A stretch of 63,585 nt of DNA, counting the filler, from Chiloscyllium plagiosum (taxonomy: Eukaryota), in the NCBI RefSeq assembly GCF_004010195.1. It is 4 parts of one record of this genome, joined end to end, with 100 filler letters (N's around TTAATTAATTAA, not from the genome) between each part and the next. Parts side by side here need not be neighbours in the genome. Positions count along the whole stretch, not along the records: positions 1 to 28,025 come from NC_057716.1; positions 28,126 to 41,925 come from NC_057716.1; 2 more parts are not named here. The stretch is one strand, 5' to 3'. The notes below the pieces were generated by a model, which did no database searches, was not told the DNA's origin, and was given only the letters and a program-made list of their open reading frames with translations. A program made the translations under genes and the position numbers. Shown here one piece after another: positions 24,985 through 36,089 of the stretch. The first letter of the stretch is position 1. Every line of letters starts with the position of its first letter.

Positions 24985-26350
24985 CAGTCTCCTCAATCTG
25001 CCTGATCTTTTGTAGACGTCTTTTGTGGACTGGAAAATAGCAAATGTCAGCCATAATTTAAGAAGGTAACAAGAGAGAAAGCAGGGAACTGTAGGCCTGA
25101 TAGAGTTATAATAATCATCTGTTTTGTAGGAGGGGATAAGTAGACATCTGGTTAAAAATGATTGGCCATTGTTTGGGAAATTGTGTTTGACAAACTTGTT
25201 GGAGTTATTTGAAGATGTTACTGGCAAAATTGATAAAGAATTGCCCAATGGATGTAGTATACTTAGATTTTAAGAAGGCTTTTGATAAAGTTCCCCAGAA
25301 GAGGCTGCTCAGAAGCAAAATATTGCATATGTGGTAGAAGGTACTGACTTGGATTAATGATTGGCTAATAGACAGAAAACAGAGATTCACAATAGATGGG
25401 TCATTTTAGTGACTTGTGACTGAGTAGACTGTGACTAGCAGAATACTGCAGGGATCAGCACTTGGACTCCAGCAGTTCACAGCATATATCAATGATTTGG
25501 AGCTAGCGCCTAAATAATCTTAGATTACTTACAGTGTGGAAACAGGCCCTTCGGCCCAACAAGTCCACACCGACCCGCCGAAGCGCAACCCACCCATACC
25601 CCTACATTTACCCCTTTAACCTAACACTACGGGCAATTTAGCATGGCCAATTCACCTAACCCGCACATCTTTGTGACTGTGGGAGGAAACCGGAGCACCT
25701 GGAGGAAACCCACGCAGACACGGGGAGAATGTGCAAACTCCACACAGTCAGTCGCCTGAGGCAGGAATTGAACCCGGGTCTCTGGCGCTGTGAGGCAGCA
25801 GTGCTAACCACTGTGCCACCGTGCCATAGATGATGCAAAGATAATTGGGAATGTGTGCTACGAGGAAGCAATGTGGGTTTCAGGAGGTTTTGGACAGGCT
25901 TAGTAAATGGTCATAGAAATGGCAGATAGAAGATTATGTGAAAAAATGTGAGGTTATCCACTTTAATTGGAGAAATAGATGTGCAGATTATTTCTTCAAC
26001 AGTAAGAGGTTGAAAAATGTAAAAGGGACCTAGGTGTCCATGTTGATATGTCACTGAAGTCTAACAAGTAGGTATATGCATTAGACTGTAAGGAAGGCTA
26101 ACGGAATATTGGCCATTATAGCAACACATTTTGAATATTGTTCAATTGTATAGGAGCTTAACCAGATAGTATCTGCAGTACAGTGTGCAATTTTATTGTC
26201 CTTATCTCAGAAAATATGTTTTTGTTAATAGATGGAGTGCAACAAAGACTTAATCCTGGAGTGCCAGGACTATTTGACGGAGAGAATTGGGCAAACTGGA
26301 CCCGACTTCTTGAGAGTTCCAAAGACTGAAAAGTGAATTCATTACAAATT
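24985..26350 (+). mobile_element. Old degenerate CR1 RT fragment, split by an HE1 SINE
   Basis: CLTNLLELFE, DVVYLDFKKAFDKVP, YINDL and W...KCEVIH motifs across shifting frames. Confidence 0.75.
25520..25825 (-). mobile_element. HE1-type tRNA-derived SINE (V-SINE superfamily), near full length
   Basis: Minus strand has box A (TGGCACAGTGGTTAG), box B (GGTTCAATTCC), central TGTGGAGTTTGCACATTCTCCCCGTGTCTGCGTGGGTTTCCTCC domain and a CR1-like 3' tail. Confidence 0.9.
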
Positions 26351-28025
26351 ACAACAAAGGGGCAGATTACTTCATGTAGCCTTTTCCCTGCTAGTAATCC
26401 AAACCTTGCAGTGGGTCTTGCACTCTGTTTCTTGATGTTTCCTGCTGCAGCTGACTTTCGGTTCAGGCTTTTTCTTTCATTTCTGGGCTCAGTTTATTGA
26501 GTCTGATTCAGCCTTTATGCACAGCACTGTGGTATCACTGCCATCAGCCTCAAGCACTCTTCACCGTTTGCCTCCATTACATGGGTACAGTCACTGTCTG
26601 CCACCATGAAATGAAATCGGGTCTGCACTCTTGAAAGGGAACATTAACAAGCTTTATAAAAGATGGCTATTCGTAAGGGATGGGAAGAGAGGATATCTTC
26701 TGGAACACTGCAGACTCCAGATTCCAGTTTCATTTATTCAATCATCGTTTTGACTCCTTAAGAAACCATGCTCAGTAAGTATTCTTAAAGTTGTAGTTTA
26801 CTCTTTACTCCATAACACGTACTGTGAGTGATTAAACAGCCAAAGATATTATCTGACCAACATTTTGAAGTATGGGTTGTTTCAGAAAGAGTTACTCATA
26901 AAAAAAATGTTATTTTAATCAATCCTTCATTGATGATTAATGTGTAAGCTAATTGTATTGAGAGCAGAGACATTTCACAAGCTTACAAAACAAATCTTTC
27001 ATACATTTAGTTTTTAAGACCCAAGTGATAGGTCAGAACACAAGACTTAGTTACAGGTTTGAATCTCCCATTTGAAAACTCCTCAGAGGGAATCACATAG
27101 TGAACATTTCTGAATGCAAATATAAGAAATAAAAATGTTGTAAGTTATGCATGTCCAGAAAGTGACAGGATCCATCTGCATATTGCAGCCAACTTAAGTA
27201 TCCTCATGAAAATACATTTTAGGATAAAATTATAAAGTCTAATTGCAAAAAACAAGACAGTTTTCCTCCTGCTAAGCTAACCTAGGGATAAGTATGCATA
27301 CTTCACTAATTAAAGAGTGTGTCAACCATAAAGGTTTTGCATAAATCTAACAGTGCTGAAGTATTGTGGCCTATCTGAGTATAATTAGTTTAGATTGCTC
27401 TGGGTCACTGACATATGCACAATGTGTGTTTTAATGTTATACCTTTAGCAGTCAATTGCTTAAAGAGAACACCCATGACTAGTCTCTAAAACTTATCATA
27501 TTAATGAAATTATTCAGCTTAACATACTTATTATTCATGAAATGTAAATTGGTTATAATGAATCTCTTGGGAGCTAGTTTCCATTGAAATAATATTTATA
27601 TTTTTGAAATGACTTTAAAATGAATTTTAGTGGCTGAGGATTGAATAGACATTTCCTGAGGAAAAGGGACGATGTTTCCAGGGCTGCCATATACTCAATA
27701 ATAAGGAAAATCTATCCTATTTCGTGAGGAGCATCATTACAATCTAGCCAGAGTAGTCTTATTCAGATAAATATTGACTTTATTTCTTTCATTGTAGATC
27801 GCTATTATGGCAAGACTGAATTTATATTTTATAAATGTTAATAACTTAGATAAAAATTAACTTAATTTACGTCTTTCTGGATTAGTGGTGCTGGAAGAGC
27901 ACAGCAGTTCAGGCAGCATCCGAGGAGCAGGAAAATCGACGTTTCGGGCAAAAGCCCTTCATCAGGAATAATGGCAGTAAGCCTGAAGCGTGAAGAGATA
28001 AGCTAGAGGAGGGTGGGGGTGGGGA

Positions 28026-28125
28026 NNNNNNNNNNNNNNNNNNNNNNNNNNNNNNNNNNNNNNNNNNNNTTAATTAATTAANNNNNNNNNNNNNNNNNNN
28101 NNNNNNNNNNNNNNNNNNNNNNNNN
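28026..28125. other. Artificial scaffold spacer (44 N + TTAATTAATTAA + 44 N)
   Basis: Identical 100-bp layout at 41926-42025 and 56424-56523; the linker has stop codons in all six frames. Confidence 0.95.
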
Positions 28126-28169
28126 CCCTCCTCTAGCTTATCTCTCCACGCTTCAGGCTCTCTGCCTTT

Positions 28170-28205
28170 ATTCCTGATGAAGGGCTTTTGCCCGAAACGT
28201 CGATT
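28170..28205 (+). ncRNA. Minimal hammerhead ribozyme motif (intact core); reverse-complement copy at 27938-27965
   Basis: CTGATGA-A-GGGC-TTTT-GCCC-GAAA-CGTC: conserved core, 4-bp stem II, palindromic ACGT stem III, GUC triplet; stem I is weak. Confidence 0.7.
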
Positions 28206-28467
28206 TTCCTGCTCCTCGGATGCTGCCTGAATTGCTGTGCTCTTCCAGCACCACTAATCCAGAATCTGGTTTCCAGCATCTGCAGTCATTGTTTTTACCT
28301 AGTTAACTTATGTCTTATTTCAGTGAGATCTTTGATGATTCATTAATATATTGCATTTGTATGTGATTGAAATATGACTCTGTTTCATTTCATGGGATGT
28401 ATTTATTTTTAATTCAAAAGGGACAGACAGCAACAGGATTTTCACCCTTGACTGTGTCAGGACCTTG

Positions 28468-28697
28468 GAGGAGAAAGTGAGGTCTGCAGATGCTGGAGAT
28501 CAAAGTTGAAACTTTATTGCTGGAACAGCACAGCAGGTCAGGCAGCATCCAGGGAACAGGAGATTCGACGTTTTGGGCACAGGCCCTTCTTCAGGGATGA
28601 GGCTCATCCCTGAAGAAGGGCCTGTGCCCGAAACGTCGAATCTCCTGTTCCCTGGATGCTGCTTGACCTGCTGTGCTGTTCCAGCAATAAAGTTTCA
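28468..28697. mobile_element. Young fold-back Penelope-like mini-element, family A
   Basis: Near-perfect palindrome; 17-bp TSD ACTGTGTCAGGACCTTG at 28451-28467 and 28698-28714; intact hammerhead CTGAAGA...GAAACGTC at 28610-28637. Confidence 0.9.
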
Positions 28698-29337
28698 ACT
28701 GTGTCAGGACCTTGTATTCTCTGTAACATTTGTGCTACTGTTTAGAATAAAAGCAAAGTATTTTATCACTCTGATTTCAATTTCAAGCTGACATTATCAG
28801 TAACACTGGCTTCAAAGTGGTCAGCTTACAACTGTGTTTTTCAAATATTAGTGGCACCTTAGGCACAACATTAATATCTAATAAGCATATCCTCTTCAGG
28901 TACAGAAAAAACTGCGCCATCATTGAAAAAAAAGTAATTAAGCTACATTACTGCTGTGGCACAATGCTCAATCACTCAAACAACATCAACAACTATTTGT
29001 GTACTGCAAACTATACTTACAATGTAAATTGCATTTGGAGATTTATCAGCCTTGGATAAATGTTATGATATGGGAAACTTTGTTCCACTCAAATCATGAA
29101 CACAGAATTATTTGTTTATCAGTTAATGATAAACCGGCAATGATGCTAGTTTCTGGAAATAACTGCAGTGAGACATTTTACAGTGTACATTTTACAGGTA
29201 AAAGGATTTCAAGAGGTGTTCTAAACATTTTAGAGGAGCTAGTGGTCCCTTTAAGTGAAGACAAAGTGCTACCACCCCTCATATTTCCGAGGATAAACAG
29301 AAATTTGCTCTTTTGCTCCACTTCACGTGTGATGCTT

Positions 29338-29788
29338 AGTCACAGAGTCAAACAGCATAGAGAAAGACCTTTCTGTTCAACCTGTCATACTGAACATAAT
29401 CCCAAACTAAACTAGCCTCACCTACCTGCTCCTGGCCCATATTCCTCCAAGCTTTTCCTTTCATGTACTTATCTAAATGTCTTTTAAACATTGTAGTTGT
29501 GCCCACATCCACCACTTCCTCAGGATGTTCATTCCACACATGAACCACCCTCCATATAAAAAATGTGATCCTCATGCCTTTTTTAAATCTCTCTCCTCTC
29601 ATCTTAAAATTGTGCCCCTAATCTTGAAATCTCCCATCCTAGAAAAATATTCCTACCATTAACCCTAGGAAAAAGTCCTTTGCTATTCACCTTATCTATG
29701 CCCCTTTTGATAGCATAAACTTCTATAAGATCACCTTTCAACATCCTACGCTCCAGTGAAAATATCCCAGCTGATCCATCCTTTCTTT
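29338..29788 (-). mobile_element. CR1 LINE 3' end (target of the PLE insertion to its right)
   Basis: ORF 29348-29602 (VVHVWNEHPEEVV...FKRHLD) and 3'UTR. Confidence 0.8.
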
Positions 29789-30389
29789 ATTCGGAGATGC
29801 CGGTGTTGGACTGGGGTGTACAAAGTTAAAAATCACACAACACCAGGTTATAGTCCAACAGGTTTAATTGGAAGCACACTAGCTTTCGGAGCGACGCTCC
29901 TTCATCACTTGAATGTGGAGGGCTCGATCGTAACACAGAATTTATAGCAAAAATTTGCAGTGTGATGTAACTGAAATTATACATTGAAGAATTGATTGTC
30001 TGTTAAGCCTTTCATCTGTTAGAATACAGTGATAGTTTCACTTCTTTCATGTGTAAATCACAAAACCCTTTTTTTAAAGTTGTATTCTCGGGTAAGCTGT
30101 TAATAATGGTGATAGCTAGACAATATGTTGAAAGTGTTGGCCCCCTGTGTTCTCTGTCTATGCCATGATGTTTAGATTGATTCTAATCTAAAAAGTGAGA
30201 TAACAGAGTTTTACATAAATAATGCAGTTTTTGAGCTCAGAGTTCTACATGAATGTATGCGGTTTTTGAGCAAAGTGCAATGTAACTCTGCAAGTACAAA
30301 AAATTTCACCACACAAAATATATGTGTGCATGTGGATCTTTGTCTGTCTGTCTGTGTGTCTGTCTGGGGTGGGGGTTGTGAGTGTGAGA

Positions 30390-30423
<34 letters not shown>

Positions 30424-31763
30424 TGAGTGCAGAGTGTCTTATGTCTGTGAGGGGGTGCATGTGTGGGAGCGTGTGTGTCTATAAGGGTATCCGTGGGTGT
30501 CTGTGTGCGCGTCTGTGTGTACCTGTGTCCATGTGTATGTGGCAGTGTGTGTGTGTAGGAATATCTGTGTGTGTGTGTGTAGTGCAATGGTGATCACCTG
30601 TAATGTGACATGAACCCAAGGTCCCAGTTGAGGCCCTCCCTATGGGTACCGAACTTAGCTATCAGCCTCTGCTCGGCCACTTTCCTCTGCTGCCTGTCCC
30701 GAAGTCTACCTTGGAGGATGGTCACCCGAAGGTCCGAGGCTGAATGTCCTGGACCACTGAAATGTCCCCCAACTGGGAGGGAACCCTCCTGTCTGTTGAT
30801 TGATGTGCGGTGCCCATTCATCCGTTACCGTAGCCTTTGCTCGGTTTCCCCAATGTACCATGCCTCTGGGCATCCTTGCCTGCAATGTATAAGATAGACA
30901 ATGTTGGCTGAGTCACATGGGTACCTGCCATGTACACGGTGGGAGGTGTTCCCATGCGTAATAGTGGTATCGATGTCCACAATCTGACACGTCTTGCAGC
31001 GCCTACCGTGACAGGGTTGTCTGGAGTTGACCTGAGAGCCGGGCAGTTTGCTACGAACAACAATCTGTTTGAGGTTTGGCAGTTGTTTAAAGGCAAGTAG
31101 TGGAGGTGTGGGGAAGGTCTTGGTGAGGTGCTCATCCTCATTGATAATGTGTTGCAGGTCACGAAGAACATGGCATAATTTTTCAGCCCCTGGGAAGTAC
31201 TGAACAACGAAGGATACCCTGTCAGTTGCACCCCGTGTCTGTCTCCTGAGGAGGTCATTACAGTTTTGTGTGGTGAATTTATTTGTACTTGCAGAGTTAC
31301 ATTGCACTTTGCTCAAAAACTGCATACATTCATGTAGAACTCTGAGCTCAAAAACTGCATGAATTTATGTAAAACTCTGTTATCTCACTTTTTAGATTAG
31401 AATCAATCTAAACATCAGGTCATAGACAGAGAACACAGGGGGCCAACACCTTCAACATATTGTCTAGCTAACACCATTGTGAACAGCTAACTCGAGAATG
31501 CAACTTTTAAAAAAAGGCTTTGCGATTTACACATGAAAGAAGTGAAACTATCACTGTATTCTAACAGATGAAAGGCTTAACAGACAATCAATTCTTCAAT
31601 GTATAATTTCAGATACATCACACTGCAAATTTTTGCTATAAACTCTGTGTTCCAATCGAGTCCTCCACATCACCTGATGAAGGAGCGTCGCTCCGAAAAC
31701 TAGTGTGCTTCCAATTAAACCTGTTGGACTATAACCTGGTGTTGTGTGATTTTTAACTTTGTA
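29789..31763 (-). mobile_element. 5'-truncated Penelope-like element (family B): GIY-YIG region, TG-rich 3' region, ~500-bp inverted pLTRs
   Basis: ORF 30825-31325 has CHGRRCKTC and VYLIHC...WYIGETEQRLR, continuing MNGHR...EQRLIAKFGT; inverted repeats ~29818-30320 and ~31262-31763; 12-bp TSD CATCCTTTCTTT at 29777-29788 and 31764-31775. Confidence 0.9.
31671..31707 (+). ncRNA. Minimal hammerhead motif in PLE family B pLTR
   Basis: CAC-CTGATGA-A-GGAGC-GTC-GCTCC-GAAA-ACTA-GTG; stem III palindrome is mutated (AACT instead of AGCT). Confidence 0.6.
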
Positions 31764-32699
31764 CATCCTTTCTTTGTAACTCAAATGTTTAGGGAATTAT
31801 AACATTTTCTTTATTTAGAATAGACAAAGTCTGGAATCCCAGGTGTGTACTAGGTGAATTCGGCCACAAGATTCCATGGTTTCAAATCAACAAAAATAAA
31901 CTGTACTTTGCAAAGTTAGATAAGTAAATCAATCCAGATTACCAGATTACCAGGTAAATACGAAGTAATAGCCAAAGTGTTATCAAAACCACCCCTCCCT
32001 CATGACACTTCAAATAATGGATTAAGTCAAGACATAATCTATGATTTCTCACCTAGATGTTACTGACATTTCGGTCATCAAATTTTGTCTCCTTCATGAG
32101 AGATTCTGGTTCATCATTTTTGCAGATTTAGCTTCAGAGTTACCTCAAAGCTTCTTCATCACAGACCTTATATATCCTGAGAGTTTAACCTCTTCTCCCA
32201 AGACCACATTTCCTAGAATTACCAAGAGTACTTACAAGCACTTAATTACCAGTACAGTTTTATCTTTTTGCCTAACTAGGGTATTGGCACTGAATTTCTC
32301 AGATCTTCTATTCTTTCTCAGTTGCATCAAACAAATGCTGTTTGAGGGCCAGCTCCACTGAATAACAATGGATCACAGCTTCTTTTTATTTTTAACCTTT
32401 TCCACAGCATGAAACTAGCAAATAGTTCCTTAGGTTACACAGTCAGCTAACAGCAGTTCTTTAGATACATCAGCTAACTTTTCAGACTTCCTGTGACTAA
32501 CATCTGATTGAGCTAGACTGTTCATTGACATCTAAATTGTTTTGAGTGACCCATAAAATTGTCCCAGAGGGCCATTGCTCTTACTACTGGGCAAAATCAA
32601 ATGTAACTACTGGTGGAACATCAAGTGCTTAAATGTTTTAATCTCCACAAATTGCTAATTTACATATCAGTAAATGGATTCAGCATCTCTCAGCTGACT

Positions 32700-33035
32700 T
32701 GATAAGATGGACCTGAAAAGGATATTTCCATTTGTGAAAGAGTCCAGAACCAGGGCCCATTGGTTTAAATTTAGGGTTAACCATCTTAGCAAACCATTGT
32801 GGAGAAACAGCTTCTATAAGAGGTTGTGTGACTTTGGAACTCTCAGTCTCAGAATGCAATGGAGATGGGTTAATTCAATACTTTTAAGCATAGGTAGATG
32901 GATAATGTTAGGAAAGGGAATCAAATGTTATCAGGCTAGATAGAAATGTAAAACTTGGAACACAGCTTACTGAATGACAGAGCAGCCTTGACGGTCTGAA
33001 TGGAGTACATCTGCTGCTCTTACATATGTTTGTAA
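32700..33035 (+). mobile_element. Old CR1 3' fragment
   Basis: ESRTRAH and WNSL-like motifs plus a 3'UTR remnant. Confidence 0.6.
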
Positions 33036-33904
33036 ATGGGGTTTTCTGTTGCTATTCCATTGAGATTATGATAGTCAAGAAATTTGCAACCATAGTTTTA
33101 AGCATTAGTCTCATAATATTTCAATTTCTTCATGAGACATCTTAATCTCCATTTGTTAACTGCACAGTAATCTGATTTGCAATCAGAAATTTAACATGTG
33201 GTTACTGAGAATATAAAATGTGTATCATGACATAGCTTTTGAAATGTCCCTGGCTCATGAGGAAGATATTGTTTGGGATTGTGATCATCAGTGAGATCTA
33301 TACATATATTTATAATATGTTTCCATATATTATTTCAGCATACAATAACACATCAATGCATTGCTTGAGAGGACTGTTCAACCAAGGCACTACATTAGTC
33401 TAAGGACATCATATAAAAACTAAAGCAAATATGAAATAGCTTAAGGTATTTTAAATTACTAACATTGTGACTGAAATTTAATTCTCCCCCTGAGGTGAGC
33501 CAGGAATTAGGGAATTATATAATTGGATGTGAAGCTTTGTGCAAAAGCTCCTCTGCTTCCTGATTCCTCAGGGTGGGAAAGGTCTAGGGCTTCCTTTCCA
33601 TTCTGAGCCAATTGAAGCGCACATGTAACTACTTAAGGCCAACATAAGGGCCTCATGCCACTGCTGTTGGTATTCAATTTGTGGCAGACGGGGACCATCC
33701 ATGTGGGCAATCTTCCCCACGTGTCCCTTCACAGGCTTGCCAATGTCAACATGGGAAAGATCTCTGCTGTTTAGGTAATTGGTACCAAAGAGTGAAGACC
33801 CCTTTAAACTGATTTGCTTTCTCAACACCACTATAGTGTTTCTGACTGGTCCCAGCACACCTGCTTCACCTGCTTTTCCTCCAGGTTTCTGGCGATGATC
33901 TTTA

Positions 33905-34710
33905 GCTTGGACCTACATTCTGAACAACCTCAACATGACATCCTAACTCCTTACTCAATGGTCTGAGCAATGAAGGCAAACATACTAAACATTTTCTTAA
34001 CCACCCTGTCTACCTGTGACACAACATTCAAAGAACAAACTACCTGAACCCAAGGTTTCTCTATTTGACAATATTACCCAGGACCCTACCATTAACTGTA
34101 TAAGTCCTTCTCTTGTTTATTTTACCAAAAAAAATACCTCGCATTTATCCAAATTAAACTTCATCTCCTACACTACAGCCAATTGGCCCAATTGATTAAG
34201 ATCTCTGTAATCTTAGAAAATCTTCTTCACTTTCCACAATACCACCAATTTTGGTGTCATCCGCAAACTTTCTAACCACGCCTCCTAAATTCTCATCCAA
34301 ATCATTTCTATATATGACAAACAACAGTGGACCTGGTACTAATACCTGTGGGACACAGCTGGTCACAGGCCTCCAGTCCCAAAAAACCACCCTCCACTTG
34401 CACCCTCTGTCTCTTTCTGTCAAGCCAATTTTGTATCCAATTGGCAAGCCCACCTTGAATCCCATGTGATCTAACTTTACTAACCAATCTACCATGCAGA
34501 ACCTTGTCAAAGTCTTTACTAAAGTCCATATAGATAACATCTACAGCTCTGCCCTCATCTATCTTTTTATCTCATCTATCTCCTCAAAAACTCAATTGAG
34601 TTTGTGAGGCACGATTTCCAACGCACAAAGTCATGCTAACTATTCTTAATCAGTCCTTGCCTCTCCAAATGCATGTAAATCCTATCTCTCAGAATCTCAT
34701 CCAACAACTT
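33905..34710 (-). mobile_element. CR1 RT fragment
   Basis: MDFSKDFDKVLHGRL and VPQ...GPLLFVIY.NDLD...KFADDTK. Confidence 0.85.
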
Positions 34711-35014
34711 AACCATCACTTGCAGCTACACAAATCACAGGTTACCTATCCCAAATGTCATCATCTCCTAGAACCCTACCTAAGGGAGTGCTACTCTGTT
34801 CCTAATATCTGGTGTAGCATAACATCTTCTCACTATTCAATACTGGGGTTTCACATACTGCAAAGCCAACAAATGGTTGAAAACGTTTTAGTCAGCAACA
34901 GCAAAAGGAAAATAAACAAAGAAATACAGCATTTGCGTCTGAGTACACACAGGGACTGCTTGATGTTTAAATACAACAAGTTTACAGTCACTGAGTTATC
35001 AGTGTATCCCAGGG

Positions 35015-35238
35015 GCCTTGTGTATGTGTGGAATGAGCTGCCAGAGGATGTGGTGGAGGCTGGTAAAATTGCAACATTTAAGAGGCATTTGGATGGGTAT
35101 ATGAATAGGAAGGGTTTGGAGGGATATGGGCCGGGTGCTGGCAGGTGGGACTAGATTGGGGTGGGATAGCTGGTCGGCATGGACAGGCTGGACTGAAGGA
35201 TCTGTTTCCATGCTGTACATCTCTATGACTCTATGACT
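35015..35238 (+). mobile_element. CR1 3' end with (CTATGACT)n tail
   Basis: VWNELPEDVVEAG...FKRHLDGYM, 3'UTR and octamer tail. Confidence 0.85.
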
Positions 35239-36089
35239 CGATATCAGCACAACATATTAATGGCTGCCTTTGCTCTAATGAGCTAGTTTTTGAGATTAAC
35301 GTTTTCAAACAATTTGGTTATACCCAAACATACTGAAACCCACAGCTTGTATGTATTATTTTCAGTTCTGTTCTTGACCACAGAGCTCATTGGCCAAGTC
35401 AAATCAGTTAGTTAGATGTACACTTTCCATGTAATGGATTGATTGACTCAGCTATCTCTCCACAATCATATTCAAAAAAGGGTCATGACTGTCTTGTTTA
35501 ATTTCAAGGTTTTTGCATGGTTAGGGGTCATACTATTCCCTTGTCCTGCACCTACCTGGAGTAGAAGTTGGTCCTAAACAGACCAGCAATAGCACACACA
35601 TAAACAGGTTGATGGCCAGACCTACACCCCTCTGCGGAAAGACATCTCATTCTCAAGAGCTGCCCCTCAATGTAGAAATTCCAGCAGCACTAGAACTCAG
35701 TCGTGTGAGCTGCTGGGATTGCAAACATCTCCAGGAAGGAAAGTGATGGTGGACACCATGAAGTCAGGACCAGGTCTTTAACATGGGAAGGAAACCACAC
35801 CCCTTAAAGAGGGAATGAAGGGAGGAATGAGGTTGCTGGGGTGAGTTTGGAGACCAGGCAGGGAGGAACAAAGGGATGAGGTAAGGACATCTTGAGAAAG
35901 AGCAGCCTTGATACTCAGAGGGCCAAACATAATTGATGAGACAAATGGATTAAGGCATTTAAAAACAGCCTTTGCCCATTGGCCTGCATGTTGGTTTATT
36001 TTTATAAATTATTGATTTATTTTCAGTCAGAGATGCTATTACAAATCTCTGGACAATTTTGTTCTTATCACCACCAAATCATAAATGGT

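Larger units (their letters stand above)
27875..28300. mobile_element. Inverted pair of young PLE termini (family A-related) flanking a scaffold gap
   Basis: 27875-28025 is the reverse complement of 28126-28265; both arms have intact hammerhead cores. Confidence 0.8.

Noticed and set aside
25770..25825. tRNA-like box A/box B sequence (also ~54545-54610 and ~60145-60210)
   Set aside because: Head of an HE1 SINE followed by the V-domain and LINE tail; not a tRNA gene
26728..26780. Plus-strand AG...GTAAGT exon-like segment
   Set aside because: Weak acceptor, unrecognisable peptide and no partner exons
28070..28081. TTAATTAATTAA palindrome repeated three times in the window
   Set aside because: Always centred in 44 N + 44 N; an assembly linker, not biology
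30245..30593. His/Thr- and Cys/Val-repeat ORFs (also 46552-46980)
   Set aside because: Translations of (TG)n/(CA)n microsatellite
31840..32650. Possible second solo LTR (TG...CA)
   Set aside because: No convincing TSD or second copy to define the boundaries
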